A stretch of 32,000 bases of DNA, taken from contig NZ_JOTN01000001.1 in assembly GCF_000712595.1 (NCBI RefSeq), forward strand, positions 15,901 to 47,900, given 5' to 3'. Position 1 is the stretch's first letter, and every line of letters starts with the position of its first letter. Shown in pieces: positions 31,363-32,000 of the stretch. Under the pieces are notes generated by a model. It saw only the letters and a list, made by a program, of their open reading frames with translations. It was not told the DNA's origin and searched no databases. The DNA is from Bacillus manliponensis (GTDB lineage Bacteria > Bacillota > Bacilli > Bacillales > Bacillaceae_G). Both the position numbers and the translations under genes were made by a program.

Positions 31363-31399
31363 ATCCACCTTCTTACTAAAAGGAAGGTGGATTTTTTTA
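31363..31399 (+). terminator. Rho-independent terminator
   Basis: ATCCACCTTC...GGAAGGTGGAT followed by TTTTTTT. Confidence 0.8.
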
Positions 31400-31513
31400 T
31401 CTTAATGTTTCATTAAAGTTACCTTAAATCTCTCTTTTTCATACATAGGACTTGCTTTACCCGCAGTATGATTTTCATGGAACGATTATAAAAGAGAGGA
31501 AGGTACTACCGCA

Positions 31514-32000
31514 ATGAATCAACGTGTAGAAGCAATTGATGCTGTCCGTGGCTTTGCGCTATTTGGGATTTTGCTTGTGAATATGGTTTTCTTTCAGTTT
31601 GGGACGTCTGCAAATGAAAAAATAACATTTATATTTGCAGCGGATAAAGGGGCAAATTGGTTTATTAATTTCTTCGGCTCTGGAAACTTTGTATCTCTTT
31701 TCTCTTTTTTATTCGGAATGAGTATCATCATGTTGCAGGGCAGTGTTCTAAAAAAAGAACAACGATTCTTTCCCATCTATACACGTAGAATCATTCTTTT
31801 ACTTATTTTTGGTTATCTGCACACGACTCTCATTTGGATTGGCGATATTTTATTTTCCTACGCATTAATGGGGATTCTCTTATCGGTATTCATCAATAGA
31901 AAACCAAAAACATTACTCATTTGGTTTTTCATCTTGCTTGCTCTCAAAATGTTTATGGCTTATCCGCAGGGATCCACTGCCGATCAATTTGAAGACTTTA
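31514..32000 (+). CDS. DUF418/YeiB-like membrane protein (5' part; runs off the window end)
   Basis: ATG at 31514 after AGAGAGGAAGG. The frame is open to position 32000. The N-terminus MNQRVEAIDAVRGFALFGILLVNMVFF is typical of the family. It is absent from the ORF track because there is no in-window stop. Confidence 0.75.
   Translation, partial: MNQRVEAIDAVRGFALFGILLVNMVFFQFGTSANEKITFIFAADKGANWFINFFGSGNFVSLFSFLFGMSIIMLQGSVLKKEQRFFPIYTRRIILLLIFGYLHTTLIWIGDILFSYALMGILLSVFINRKPKTLLIWFFILLALKMFMAYPQGSTADQFEDF

Noticed and set aside
1-32000. CRISPR arrays, tRNA/rRNA genes, IS elements, integrases and prophage genes
   Set aside because: I saw no spacer-repeat periodicity beyond the 4-unit 21-bp array, which has no unique spacers. 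No cloverleaf-like or rRNA-like segments were recognised by eye, and no transposase, recombinase or phage-like translations appear in any of the six frames provided.

Overview
This is an AT-rich Firmicute chromosomal segment. Gene content and the interspersed structured repeats point to the Bacillus cereus group, but that assignment is an inference and no search was run. I support about 33 protein-coding genes on both strands and find no rRNA, tRNA, CRISPR array, transposase, integrase or prophage genes.

Gene order, left to right:
- yidC (partial) and two small membrane proteins.
- Two secreted proteins with CW_binding_1 repeats, bracketing an XRE regulator with its membrane-protein partner, a DedA protein, an orphan ORF, and an OmpR-type two-component system.
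- A DMT/EamA transporter behind a terminator-containing leader.
- A short-form methionyl-tRNA synthetase controlled by a T-box leader with an AUG specifier.
- A 58-aa ORF that is too short for the ORF track.
- A near-consensus Fur box with a possible small RNA.
- Two tandem paralogous methyl-accepting chemotaxis proteins.
- A DUF59/SufT-like protein and a MarR-nitroreductase pair.
- Two tandem paralogous M4 (thermolysin-like) neutral proteases.
- A MarR-pirin pair.
- A MerR regulator with two HTH domains, divergent from a short UvrA paralogue and an ABC exporter.
- A 21-bp phased repeat array and a small HExxH protein.
- A redox and iron cluster: dps with a perfect PerR box, a LOG-family protein, a MazG-like protein, ferritin, and a partial DUF418 protein.

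The most interesting candidates are:
- the MerR / UvrA-like / ABC exporter module, which resembles DrrC/Ecm16-type resistance to DNA-binding drugs;
- the phased GCCGATA repeat array;
- the Fur box with a candidate sRNA;
- the modular hairpin-rich (bcr-like) repeats;
- the unclassified leader upstream of the DMT transporter.

I could not identify a clear canonical defence system. All functional calls rest on motifs I read in the translations, not on database searches.
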